Positions 1-8,196 of a stretch of DNA of 64,000 bases are shown here, piece by piece (positions within the stretch are counted from its first letter, which is position 1; each line of letters begins with the position of its first letter). The DNA comes from Antricoccus suffuscus (lineage in GTDB: Bacteria; Actinomycetota; Actinomycetes; Mycobacteriales; Antricoccaceae). The translations under genes and the position numbers were made by a program. The stretch is taken from contig NZ_PVUE01000003.1 of NCBI RefSeq assembly GCF_003003235.1, positions 181,150 through 245,149 of the forward strand, given 5' to 3'. The notes beneath the pieces were generated by a model. The model did not search any database and had not been told where the DNA came from. It worked only from the letters and a program-made list of their open reading frames with translations.

Positions 1-744
1 CTGTTCGAACGCACCACCCGCAAGGTTGCGTTGACCACCGCCGGCCAGACCTTCCGGGCGGCCGCTTACCGCATCCTCGGGCAGATCGCGACGGCACGCG
101 AAGAACTGACCGACCTCCACGATCTCTCGGCCGGAACGCTCGCGGTGGGGACGGTGCAGACCTTGACCGTGGTCGACCTGCCGGCGGTGCTGGCGCAGTT
201 CAACCAGCGTTACTCCCACATCCGGATCGCATTGCACGAGGCGACCACCGCAGAGCTCGTGCGTTCGGTCCAGGCAGCCGAACTCGATGTCGCGTACGTC
301 GCACTCGATGCCAGTCCGCTCCCGCGAGACCTCACCCTCCTTCGGGGATATGAGGAGGATCTCGCGGTCGTCACGGCGCATGATCATCCGCTGGCGACCC
401 GTGCCGAGACCACGCTTGCCGAACTGGCCGACTACACATTTGTGGAATTCAGTGCCGGCACCGGTCTGCAGACCGTCATCGAGACGCTGTGTGCCGAAGC
501 CGGATTGCACCGGCGTATAGGATTTCGGGCGACCCAGATGGGACAGGTCCTTGCGCTGGTCGGACACGGACTCGGCATTAGCATCGTGCCGAGTTCCATT
601 GCCGAAGGTAGTGGTCTCGCGACTGTGCCCATCGGTCCCGCATCGCCTTCGCGAAAGCTAGCCCTCGTTTCGCGCAGTGCCCGCCCGAGCAACCCGGCCG
701 CACGCGCATTCTTGGAGCTATTAGCGCCCCGAATCTCATCGTAG
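1..744 (+). CDS. LysR-family transcriptional regulator, C-terminal effector-binding domain (5'-truncated by window edge)
   Basis: Reading frame is open from nt 1 and in frame with ORF 31..744. Translation has LysR-type periplasmic-binding-fold features (LAVGTVQTL, FVEFSAGTGL, LALVSRS). The HTH N-terminus lies upstream of the window. Confidence 0.75.
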   Translation: MFERTTRKVALTTAGQTFRAAAYRILGQIATAREELTDLHDLSAGTLAVGTVQTLTVVDLPAVLAQFNQRYSHIRIALHEATTAELVRSVQAAELDVAYVALDASPLPRDLTLLRGYEEDLAVVTAHDHPLATRAETTLAELADYTFVEFSAGTGLQTVIETLCAEAGLHRRIGFRATQMGQVLALVGHGLGISIVPSSIAEGSGLATVPIGPASPSRKLALVSRSARPSNPAARAFLELLAPRISS

Positions 745-787
745 GAACGACGCGCCGCCCGCGGCGATTATGCCTCTGGTGACGGGT

Positions 788-1426
788 TTAAGTGACGGAT
801 GGTCGAACATTAGTGACGGATGGTCGAGCATGAGGCGCCTCACGGACCGGCGCGACAAGGCGATACCAGCGTGACTGACTCAGCCGATCGACGACCAGTA
901 CGGCGCGGCGCCGGAGAAGTGCATAAATCGCCAAGGTAATCAGCGCGCCGGCGACCAGTCCCACGAGGACGTCCGAGGGGTAGTGCACCCCGACGTACAC
1001 GCGCGAGAAGGCCAGCAGCAGCGACAGCAGTGTCGCGATGATGCCGAGCCGGCGGTCGATGAGCCAGAAGCCCGCGGCAAAGGCGCCGGCGATGATGGCG
1101 TGGTCGCTGGGCATGGAGTAGTCCGGGTTGCACGGCAGAAGGGTGGTCATGTGGGGGAGCGCGTTGCAGGGGCGCACCCGACCGATCAGCGGGGAGAGGA
1201 CCTGCGCGTTGAGCCCAACGGCGACGAGGGTCGCGATCCCAGTGAGGACGGCTGCCGCGACGGCGGGCCGTCCAGTAGTACGCCGACGCGCCGACCACCA
1301 CGCGCCGACCAACATGACTGCCAGCAGCACAAGGCCGCCCCACAAGGCGTACGCCGCCATGAAGCCGTGCAGCCAGGTGGTGTTGTCCATGAAGTTGTGT
1401 ACGGCGCGGTAAATAGAAGTGTCCAT
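788..1426 (-). CDS. PAP2-family (type 2 phosphatidic acid phosphatase) membrane phosphatase
   Basis: Signature PAP2 motifs PSDHA and SRVYVGVHYPSDV in a protein with several predicted TM helices. ATG at 1426 lies 12 nt after the response-regulator stop. The C-terminus carries a duplicated heptapeptide (RPSVT..RPSVT) encoded by a 20-bp direct repeat at 791-831. Confidence 0.8.
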   Translation of the reverse strand: MDTSIYRAVHNFMDNTTWLHGFMAAYALWGGLVLLAVMLVGAWWSARRRTTGRPAVAAAVLTGIATLVAVGLNAQVLSPLIGRVRPCNALPHMTTLLPCNPDYSMPSDHAIIAGAFAAGFWLIDRRLGIIATLLSLLLAFSRVYVGVHYPSDVLVGLVAGALITLAIYALLRRRAVLVVDRLSQSRWYRLVAPVREAPHARPSVTNVRPSVT

Positions 1427-1438
1427 GAGGTCCGCCCG

Positions 1439-2131
1439 CTACGCGTGCGCGTTTTGGGGTTTGTCCGCGACCAGCCGATAACCCATTCCGCGCACGGTCT
1501 GCAGTGTCGATAGCTCGTACGGCACGTCGATCTTGCGGCGCAGATATCCGATGTAGACCTCGACCACGTTTTCCGCGCCGTCGTACGCCGGATCCCATAC
1601 GTTGGCGAGGATCTCGCTCTTCGAGACGATGGCACCCTTTTGCCGCATAAGGAAGTGCAGCAGGCCAAACTCCTTGGCGGTCAACGGAATTTCGTCGCCG
1701 TGGCGGGTGACCGAACGGCGCCCAGGGTTGAGGTTGAGCGACCCGATTGTCAATTCGACGGGGCGGGCGGGAGCGCCGCGCCGGATCAACGCGCGCAAAC
1801 GTGCGGTGAGGACCAGGAAGCTAAACGGTTTAGTCAGGTAGTCATCGGCGCCAAGGTCGAAAGCGTCCGTCTGGTCATACTCGCCGTCTTTTGCCGTGAG
1901 CATCATGATCGGTGTCCAGATCTTGCGTTTGCGAATCTCGCGCAGCACGTTGTAGCCGTTGAGCCCGGGCAGCATGATGTCGATGACGATGACGTCGAAG
2001 CGCTCCTCGGTCGCGGCCCAGAGCCCGTCGTTGCCGTTGTGCTCGACGCGTACGACGAACCCCTCGTTGACCAGTCCGCGCCGGATGGTCTCGGCGAGTG
2101 CTTGTTCGTCTTCGATAATCAGCACCCGCAT
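1439..2131 (-). CDS. OmpR/PhoB-family response regulator
   Basis: Receiver domain (MRVLIIEDE ... DVIVIDIMLPGLNG ... MLTAKD) plus winged-helix C-terminus (LTAKEFGLLHFLM ... GMGYRL). ATG at 2131 is preceded by GGAGGAG 6 nt upstream. The 30-aa upstream in-frame extension in the ORF track shows no homology. Confidence 0.85.
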   Translation of the reverse strand: MRVLIIEDEQALAETIRRGLVNEGFVVRVEHNGNDGLWAATEERFDVIVIDIMLPGLNGYNVLREIRKRKIWTPIMMLTAKDGEYDQTDAFDLGADDYLTKPFSFLVLTARLRALIRRGAPARPVELTIGSLNLNPGRRSVTRHGDEIPLTAKEFGLLHFLMRQKGAIVSKSEILANVWDPAYDGAENVVEVYIGYLRRKIDVPYELSTLQTVRGMGYRLVADKPQNAHA

Positions 2132-2217
2132 GCCTAGCTCCTCCGCCGAGTTCGATTCTTGACGGTTCTGATCGTGCCACCGCTGCCTGAGGAAATCCTG
2201 AGAACGTCTCAAAGTGG

Positions 2218-3699
2218 TCATGGTGCGTCGTCTACGGGCAAGGTGAATCGGAACCGGCAGTAGCCTTGGGGCGATTCGGTCGCGACGATCGTGCCGCCAT
2301 GCGCGGTGACGAACTCTGCGGCGATCGCCAGCCCGAGTCCGCTGCTGCCGCTGTCGCGTGAGCGGCTGTCGTCCAGGCGGACGAAACGTTCGAAGATGCG
2401 TGTGCGGTCGGCCCGGGGCACGGCCGGGCCGTCGTTGTCCACGTCCACGGTCGCAATGCCGCCCTCGACCCGGCAGCTGACCCAGATCCGTGAGTTTGCG
2501 TGCCGTTCGGCGTTGTCCAGCAGATTGCGTAGCACCTGCGCGATCCGGGCCCCGTCACATACGACTCGGATTGGTTCGGCGCGTACGACGAACTGTTTGC
2601 TGGATCCGCCGCCGACGGCTCGGGCTTCGTTCTCGATGAGGTCGTCGAGGTCCTGTTCGGTACGCCGCAGGTGCACCTGATGGTCGTCGGCCTTGGCCAG
2701 CGTCAGCAGGTCATCGACCAGGCTCTTCATCCGGCCGGTCTGGCCGAGTAGCACCGGCTGCATGTCGCGCCACGTGTCGCCGGTCTCGTCCGCGATGGCG
2801 ATCTCGAGGGTGGCGTTGAGGGTGGCCAGCGGGCTGCGCAGCTCGTGGCTCGCGTCCGATGCGAAGCGCCGCTGCGCCGCATCGGACTCCTCAAGCCGAG
2901 TCAGCATCGCGTTCATGGTGGTGGCGAGCCGGGCGATCTCATCGGCCGTCGGCGGTACGTCGATACGTTGGCTGAGCCGGGAGCGGCGTACTCCGTCGAC
3001 CTGTTCGCGGATGCGCTCGACCTCGTGCAGCGCCCGTCCGACCAGCAGCCAGGTCAGCCAACCGACCACCAACAGCAACACCGGAATGCCGACCAGTAGG
3101 TAGAGCCCGACGGTGCGCACGGACTGCTTCTGTACGTCGATCTCGGCCATCACGTTGACGGCGTACGCCTTGCCGCCGCTGAGGAATCCGACCGATGTGA
3201 CGACCGGGTCATCCTCGTGAGCGTTGATGTGTGGCGACCCTGCGGGATAGCTGACCGTCTGCCCTGGGGCGGCGGGTGTTTTGACGAGCGAGTGCTCCAG
3301 GTACTCCTCGTGCGCGGCGGCGACGACCTTGTCCTTGGAGGTGACGATCTGCACCTCTTGGCCCTTGTGCGTGAGGTCCTTGGCAAGTGTCGGTACGCCG
3401 GGAACCGTTTCCCCGGCGTACTTGCCGGCGAGGTCTCGTGCGGTAGACACGGTCTGGCTGGTGGCGTCGTTGACCAGAGCCTGCTGGAGCAGGACCAGGA
3501 GCAGAGCGCCGCCGGCAACGAGCGCGAGGAGCACCACCGAGGTGGCGGCCAGGGTAGCTCGGATGCGCACGCCCCATCGTCGGTGGTTGGAGGTGCGGTG
3601 CGGCGAAAGGGGCGCAACCACGGTCTCGTTAGGCTCCGGCGCTACCGTCGCGGGACGGTGCAATAGGCGCCGGAGTCGGTACGGGCGCGGGCGTGTCAA
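2218..3699 (-). CDS. Sensor histidine kinase (two TM helices, periplasmic sensor domain, HAMP, HisKA, HATPase_c)
   Basis: H-box SHELRSPLATL, N-box LLDNAERHA, G-boxes DNDGPAVP and GSSGLGLAIA. Two hydrophobic segments flank a ~130-aa extracytoplasmic domain. Start uncertain (TTG at 3699 or GTG at 3570). Confidence 0.8.
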   Translation of the reverse strand: MTRPRPYRLRRLLHRPATVAPEPNETVVAPLSPHRTSNHRRWGVRIRATLAATSVVLLALVAGGALLLVLLQQALVNDATSQTVSTARDLAGKYAGETVPGVPTLAKDLTHKGQEVQIVTSKDKVVAAAHEEYLEHSLVKTPAAPGQTVSYPAGSPHINAHEDDPVVTSVGFLSGGKAYAVNVMAEIDVQKQSVRTVGLYLLVGIPVLLLVVGWLTWLLVGRALHEVERIREQVDGVRRSRLSQRIDVPPTADEIARLATTMNAMLTRLEESDAAQRRFASDASHELRSPLATLNATLEIAIADETGDTWRDMQPVLLGQTGRMKSLVDDLLTLAKADDHQVHLRRTEQDLDDLIENEARAVGGGSSKQFVVRAEPIRVVCDGARIAQVLRNLLDNAERHANSRIWVSCRVEGGIATVDVDNDGPAVPRADRTRIFERFVRLDDSRSRDSGSSGLGLAIAAEFVTAHGGTIVATESPQGYCRFRFTLPVDDAP

Positions 3700-3831
3700 T
3701 GGTCTGAGCCGTGCGCGCAGGGTACTTATCCGTGTGAGACGGGGGTAGGGGGGAGCTCATACCCAAATAGTGGGTCGTCGGCCTGAGCACGACCTGAGCC
3801 CAGATCGCCTTTGCCGCAGCTGAACACGCTG

Positions 3832-6800
3832 TTATCCCGGTGTGCTACTACCCAATGTGAGGCGACCTGGGGTGGGACGACCCAGCGTGGGACGACCTGG
3901 TGTGAGACGACCCAGTGTGGGACGGACAAACGGGAAGGTGAGGATGGACCGGATTGGCGATCCGGTCAGCAGCATGACGATCCGGTCGACGCCGAGCCCG
4001 AGACCACCGGTCGGTGGCATCCCGGTCTCGATCGCAGTCAGAAATGCCTCGTCGATCTCCATCGCTTCGGGGTCTCCCGCAGCCGCGCGCAACGACTGTT
4101 CGGTCAGCCGTGCTCGCTGGTCGATCGGATCGGTCAGCTCGGAGTACGCAGTGCCCAGTTCCATCCCGAATGCCACCAGGTCCCAGCGCTCAGCCAGTCG
4201 CGGGTCGACGCGATGCGGCCTGGTCAACGGCGAGGTCTCGACCGGGAAGTCGGTGTAGAACGTCGGGGACACAGTGGTCGGCTCGACGCGCCGCTCGTAG
4301 ATCTCGGACACCACTTCACCGGCGCTGGCCCCGTCCGGTACGGCGATGCCCAGGTCGGCGGCGATGCCGGCCACTTCTGCGCGCGGCGTATCAGGGGTAA
4401 TCGAGCGCCCGCAAGCGCGAGAAACGGCGTCGTGCACCGTGACCACCGGCCACTGCCCGGACAGGTCGACGCGCACTTGCTCGCCGGTCTGTGGGTCGGG
4501 ACGGAGTGCCACCGGCGCGCCGTGTACGGCGATGGCGGCCTGCTGGATCAGCTCGGTCGCGAGCTCGCGCATACGGTCGTAGTCGCCGTATGGCAAATAC
4601 GCCTCGAGCGAGGTGAATTCGGGATTGTGGGTCGCGTCGACACCTTCGTTGCGGAAGTTGCGGCCGAGCTCGAAAATCGGTCCCATCCCGCCCACGATGA
4701 GCCGCTTCAAGTAAAGCTCGGGCGCGATGCGCAGCGACAGGTCGATGCCGTACGCGTTGATGTGTGTGCGGAACGGTCGCGCCGACGCGCCACCGTGGAC
4801 CGTCTGCAGGATCGGTGTCTCGACCTCGGCGTACCCCTCGGCGCCAAGGGTGTCGCGCAGCGAGCGTACGGCGCGGCTGCGGTCGGCGAGCAGCGTCCGT
4901 GCCTCCGGGTTGACGATGAGGTCGAGCGATCTCTGACGGGCCCGGCGCTCGGGATCGGTGAGCCCGCTGTGCGCCGGGGGCAGCGGGTGTAACGACTTCG
5001 CGGCCATCGCCCAATCCCGCACGAGCAGAGACCGCTCGCCGGTGCGGCTGTGCGCCATGATCCCGGTGGCGCTTACCAGGTCCCCGCGGTTGACCGTCTG
5101 CGACCACAGTCTCAACAGCGGCCGACCAAGGTCGGCGTCGTTGAGGAGCAACTGCAATAGGGCGCCACCCTCGGTGAGGTGCGCGAAGATCACGCCGCCG
5201 TGGTTGCGGATGCTCAGGACCCGCCCGGTCACACTCAGCTCCGTGCCGATCGGTGCATCGACAAGAGTGTCGAGGGATCCGGTGCGGGGCACGGCCACAG
5301 GGTACGGCGGCATGTGCGCGGCGCGCAGTTCCGCGAGGTCGTCGCGGCGCATCAAATGCTGTTGCGCCAGTCGACGTACCGGGATCGTCGCGGCTAGCGC
5401 GGCCGACTCTTGGGCGGCGACCGTCTCGCCGAACTGCGCGCTGGAAATCTTCTGAGTCAGCGCTCGGCTGGTGCTGGGATCGGGCAGAAACCCCTCCGCG
5501 GCGCCCGCCGCGATCATCACCCTCGGCAGGGACAGCGGCGAGTCGACACAGAGGTAGCGGGGCACCCATTCGGGTCGATACTTCGCGTTGGACCGGTAGA
5601 GCGTCTCGAGCTGGAAGAACCGCGAGAATACCGAGAGCACGCTGTTGTTGAGACGGGTGATGGGCCCGGCGTCGAACTCGTCGGCATCTGCGAACACTCG
5701 GCGGAACATCGCGAAGTTCAGCGAGATCCGTCGTACGCCGTGCGCCGCGGCATCGCCGATCAAGCTCGTCACCATCAACTCGACGAGCCCGTTGGGGCCG
5801 TTCTTGGATCGGCGCATCAGGTCGAGCGAAACCCCGGTGCGGCCCCACGGCACGAACGACAACAGGCCCGCGGGACGGCCATCGGGCGCAGCAGCGACGA
5901 CCATCAGGCACGAGCCGTCGGCCGGGTCGCCGAGCCGGGACAGCGCCATCGAGAAGCCACGCTCGGGTGCGTCACCGCGCCACTGTTCGGCGAGCTCGGC
6001 CAGGTGCCGCAGCTCGTCAGGATCGATGTCGCGGTGCCGGCGGATCGACACGGCGTACCCCTCGCGAGTCAGCCTGCTCACCGCCTGCCGCACCCCCTTC
6101 ATGCCGGGGCCGGTGAGCCGGAAGGTGTCGACGTTGATGATCGCCTCGTCGCCGAGGGGTATCGCGCGCAGGCCGGCGGCGACGTACGCCTCGGCCGCGC
6201 CCTTGCTCGCCGAGAGCACCGCCGGTACCCAGCCGTAGGTGCGCGCCTCGCTCAGCCATGCAGCGATCGCGCTCGGCCACGCCTCGGTCGGCCCGATCGG
6301 GTCCGCCGAGGCGATCGATACGGAGGCCAGCACGCGGTAGGTCACCGATGCCCTGCCGTCTGGAGAGAAGACGACTGCTTTGTCGCGACGGGTAGCAAAG
6401 TAGCCGAGCGAGTCGTCGTGGCCAGTCAGCAACTGGCGACGTACGCGCAGCTCAGCGTCCTCGTCGATGATCCGCAGGGTGCGCGGCGACCGCAGGAACA
6501 CGACCGCTGCCACCAGCATCACGGCGGCCGCAATCCACCCGATAACGTCGGCTACCCACTCCGGGCCGTGAGTGCTCTGTAGAAACAGCCCCTCCTCGTT
6601 GATGCCGAACACCACCCGCAAGCCGAACACGAGATGCTGGCCGAGACTGCCGGGGGACTTCAGGCTCAGAAGTACGGCCAGCAACACGCATGCCGAGAGA
6701 CCGACCGCCAGGATGAGGGCCGTGATCCGCCGGGAACCAGGAGAACGGCGCGCCTGAAATGCCAGCCGGGACCGCCACAGCACCACAATGATGACGATCC

Positions 6801-7248
6801 CGAATATGCCGCTGAACGTCGCGAGGACCTGGCTGCTTCCGCTGCCGAACAGCTGCCCGACGCGCGGTGTCCAGCTGGGCAGTGGCCTGCCGGCGACGTA
6901 CCCAATCCAGATCAGGATCGCACGCAGTACGCCGAGTGCCTGAAAAATCAGCACGATCCAGAGCGCAAACCGTTTGTGGCGAAGGAGCGCCCCCGCGAGC
7001 ACGAAGAGCAGAAGCCCCACAAAGAAGCTCTCGGACATCGGCACGTTGAACAGGCCGAAGAACCGTTCCGGCCAGAAATGTTGGACAAACCCCGCGTGGT
7101 GATGCCAGTAGGTCAGTGACACCAGCGCCGCGAAGGAGTAGACGACCGCGACCCATCGTGCGCACCGATTGGCGGCACTGCTGCCGACTGCCGCAAGGAC
7201 CGGGCGTTGCTGGGTCACATCGAGAAGGTATCCCGTTGCGATGGTCAC
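3832..7248 (-). CDS. lysX: LysX-type bifunctional lysylphosphatidylglycerol synthase (MprF-like membrane and DUF2156 domains) fused to class II lysyl-tRNA synthetase
   Basis: N-terminal polytopic membrane region, then a DUF2156-like aminoacyl-PG synthase domain (GLLSFVPWGRTGVSLDLMRR). C-terminal LysRS has an anticodon-binding OB fold and class II motifs (FRNEGVDATHNPEFTSLEAY, GGLGLGVDRIVMLLTG). Architecture matches M. tuberculosis LysX. GTG start at 7248. Confidence 0.85.
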   Translation of the reverse strand: MTIATGYLLDVTQQRPVLAAVGSSAANRCARWVAVVYSFAALVSLTYWHHHAGFVQHFWPERFFGLFNVPMSESFFVGLLLFVLAGALLRHKRFALWIVLIFQALGVLRAILIWIGYVAGRPLPSWTPRVGQLFGSGSSQVLATFSGIFGIVIIVVLWRSRLAFQARRSPGSRRITALILAVGLSACVLLAVLLSLKSPGSLGQHLVFGLRVVFGINEEGLFLQSTHGPEWVADVIGWIAAAVMLVAAVVFLRSPRTLRIIDEDAELRVRRQLLTGHDDSLGYFATRRDKAVVFSPDGRASVTYRVLASVSIASADPIGPTEAWPSAIAAWLSEARTYGWVPAVLSASKGAAEAYVAAGLRAIPLGDEAIINVDTFRLTGPGMKGVRQAVSRLTREGYAVSIRRHRDIDPDELRHLAELAEQWRGDAPERGFSMALSRLGDPADGSCLMVVAAAPDGRPAGLLSFVPWGRTGVSLDLMRRSKNGPNGLVELMVTSLIGDAAAHGVRRISLNFAMFRRVFADADEFDAGPITRLNNSVLSVFSRFFQLETLYRSNAKYRPEWVPRYLCVDSPLSLPRVMIAAGAAEGFLPDPSTSRALTQKISSAQFGETVAAQESAALAATIPVRRLAQQHLMRRDDLAELRAAHMPPYPVAVPRTGSLDTLVDAPIGTELSVTGRVLSIRNHGGVIFAHLTEGGALLQLLLNDADLGRPLLRLWSQTVNRGDLVSATGIMAHSRTGERSLLVRDWAMAAKSLHPLPPAHSGLTDPERRARQRSLDLIVNPEARTLLADRSRAVRSLRDTLGAEGYAEVETPILQTVHGGASARPFRTHINAYGIDLSLRIAPELYLKRLIVGGMGPIFELGRNFRNEGVDATHNPEFTSLEAYLPYGDYDRMRELATELIQQAAIAVHGAPVALRPDPQTGEQVRVDLSGQWPVVTVHDAVSRACGRSITPDTPRAEVAGIAADLGIAVPDGASAGEVVSEIYERRVEPTTVSPTFYTDFPVETSPLTRPHRVDPRLAERWDLVAFGMELGTAYSELTDPIDQRARLTEQSLRAAAGDPEAMEIDEAFLTAIETGMPPTGGLGLGVDRIVMLLTGSPIRSILTFPFVRPTLGRLTPGRPTLGRPTPGRLTLGSSTPG
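3849..3923. repeat. Five tandem 15-bp repeats (GACCYRGYGTGRGAC) encoding a pentapeptide repeat G-R-(P/L)-T-(L/P) at the extreme C-terminus of LysX
   Basis: Direct reading of the sequence: units at 3864-3878, 3879-3893, 3894-3908 and 3909-3923, plus a degenerate unit at 3849-3863. Confidence 0.7.
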
Positions 7249-7390
7249 GGTCTATATTTGCGCACTAGTTTCTCAGGTAACGCTCAGTTGCCTGCCGACC
7301 GGCATGCGCCACCGCGCTATCAGCTACCCACCGTCGGCCCATCATTTGCGCCTCGCGTCTCCGACCACGGGTTGCCATTAGGATTGCGCC

Positions 7391-7972
7391 GTGGCTGAAC
7401 AGATGTACCTCTTCGAGGCGGACGGCGCCGAACCGGCCGTCGACGATCTCGACGGTCTGCTGTTCGGTCCGGGACACGTCGTCAACCGGTCCGGTACGGC
7501 GCGGGTCTCGGTACTCACCGCGGACGCCTGGCGGGCCGAGGCGCTGGTCACCGCATTCGGCGTACGCGGACTCGGTGGTGAGTACAACGTCAGCCGCGAC
7601 GTCGAGCGTGGCCTGCAGTTCGTCGCGCGAACCGACTTCACCGACGAACTCGCGCCGCTCGCACGCCGATGGTCGCCGGGCGCGGTTCGTAAGAGTTCGC
7701 CGGTCAAGATGACCCCCGCGGCTCTTCGGATCTGGGTGATCGCGGCCGGGCGACCGACCGACTCCGGCTACTTGCTGCCCCTTGCCGCGTCGGAGGAAGT
7801 GCGCTGGTCGGTCTCCGGATCCGCGCTTGCCGGCCTCGGCGTACCTGGAGCGCTGATCGGGGTACGAAGCGGTGAACCGGCGTACCGGATTAGCTCGCAT
7901 AAGCGGCTCTCTCGTCTTGCGGTGCTTGTCGGTGAGCCACCGCCGGACGCTCCGGTGTCCGACTGGCCCTGA
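7391..7972 (+). CDS. Conserved hypothetical protein (actinobacterial, typically found upstream of topA)
   Basis: Protein-like composition, unlike the Arg-rich antisense ORF 7265..7900. Size and position upstream of topA resemble the conserved hypothetical found there in mycobacteria. No recognisable domain. Confidence 0.55.
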   Translation: MAEQMYLFEADGAEPAVDDLDGLLFGPGHVVNRSGTARVSVLTADAWRAEALVTAFGVRGLGGEYNVSRDVERGLQFVARTDFTDELAPLARRWSPGAVRKSSPVKMTPAALRIWVIAAGRPTDSGYLLPLAASEEVRWSVSGSALAGLGVPGALIGVRSGEPAYRISSHKRLSRLAVLVGEPPPDAPVSDWP

Positions 7973-8196
7973 GCGTCGCGGGTCGTCAGAAAGGTCCTGC
8001 GCATCAGTCGCCGACGGGTGCTGGTCGCGTCACGTTTTTATCAACCGTGGCGGGTGGCGAGCGGTGGTGCGAGGCCCCGGCACGTCGTGAAGTGGGGTAG
8101 TTTGCGACAGTTAGTAGTGCTGTCGCGCCGCGATCGACGTACCGAAGTCGGTTGAGCGTGACCGCGTGAGCACGTTTTAGACCACTGGGAGTACCG

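Noticed and set aside
3700-3831. G-rich tract (GACGGGGGTAGGGGGGAGC) as a possible G-quadruplex between lysX and the kinase gene
   Set aside because: Only two long G-runs; insufficient for a canonical four-run quadruplex. More likely just part of the kinase promoter/SD region.
3811-7165. Long antisense or alternative-frame ORFs overlapping lysX (3811..4992 +, 4391..5911 -, 5410..6582 +, 6452..7165 -)
   Set aside because: Arg/Pro/Ala-rich composition typical of spurious ORFs in ~70% GC DNA. The lysX frame has clear domain homology throughout.
7265-7900. 211-aa minus-strand ORF overlapping the 7391..7972 plus-strand gene
   Set aside because: The minus-strand product is Arg/Gly-rich and lacks protein-like hydrophobic periodicity. 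The plus-strand product looks like a genuine conserved protein.
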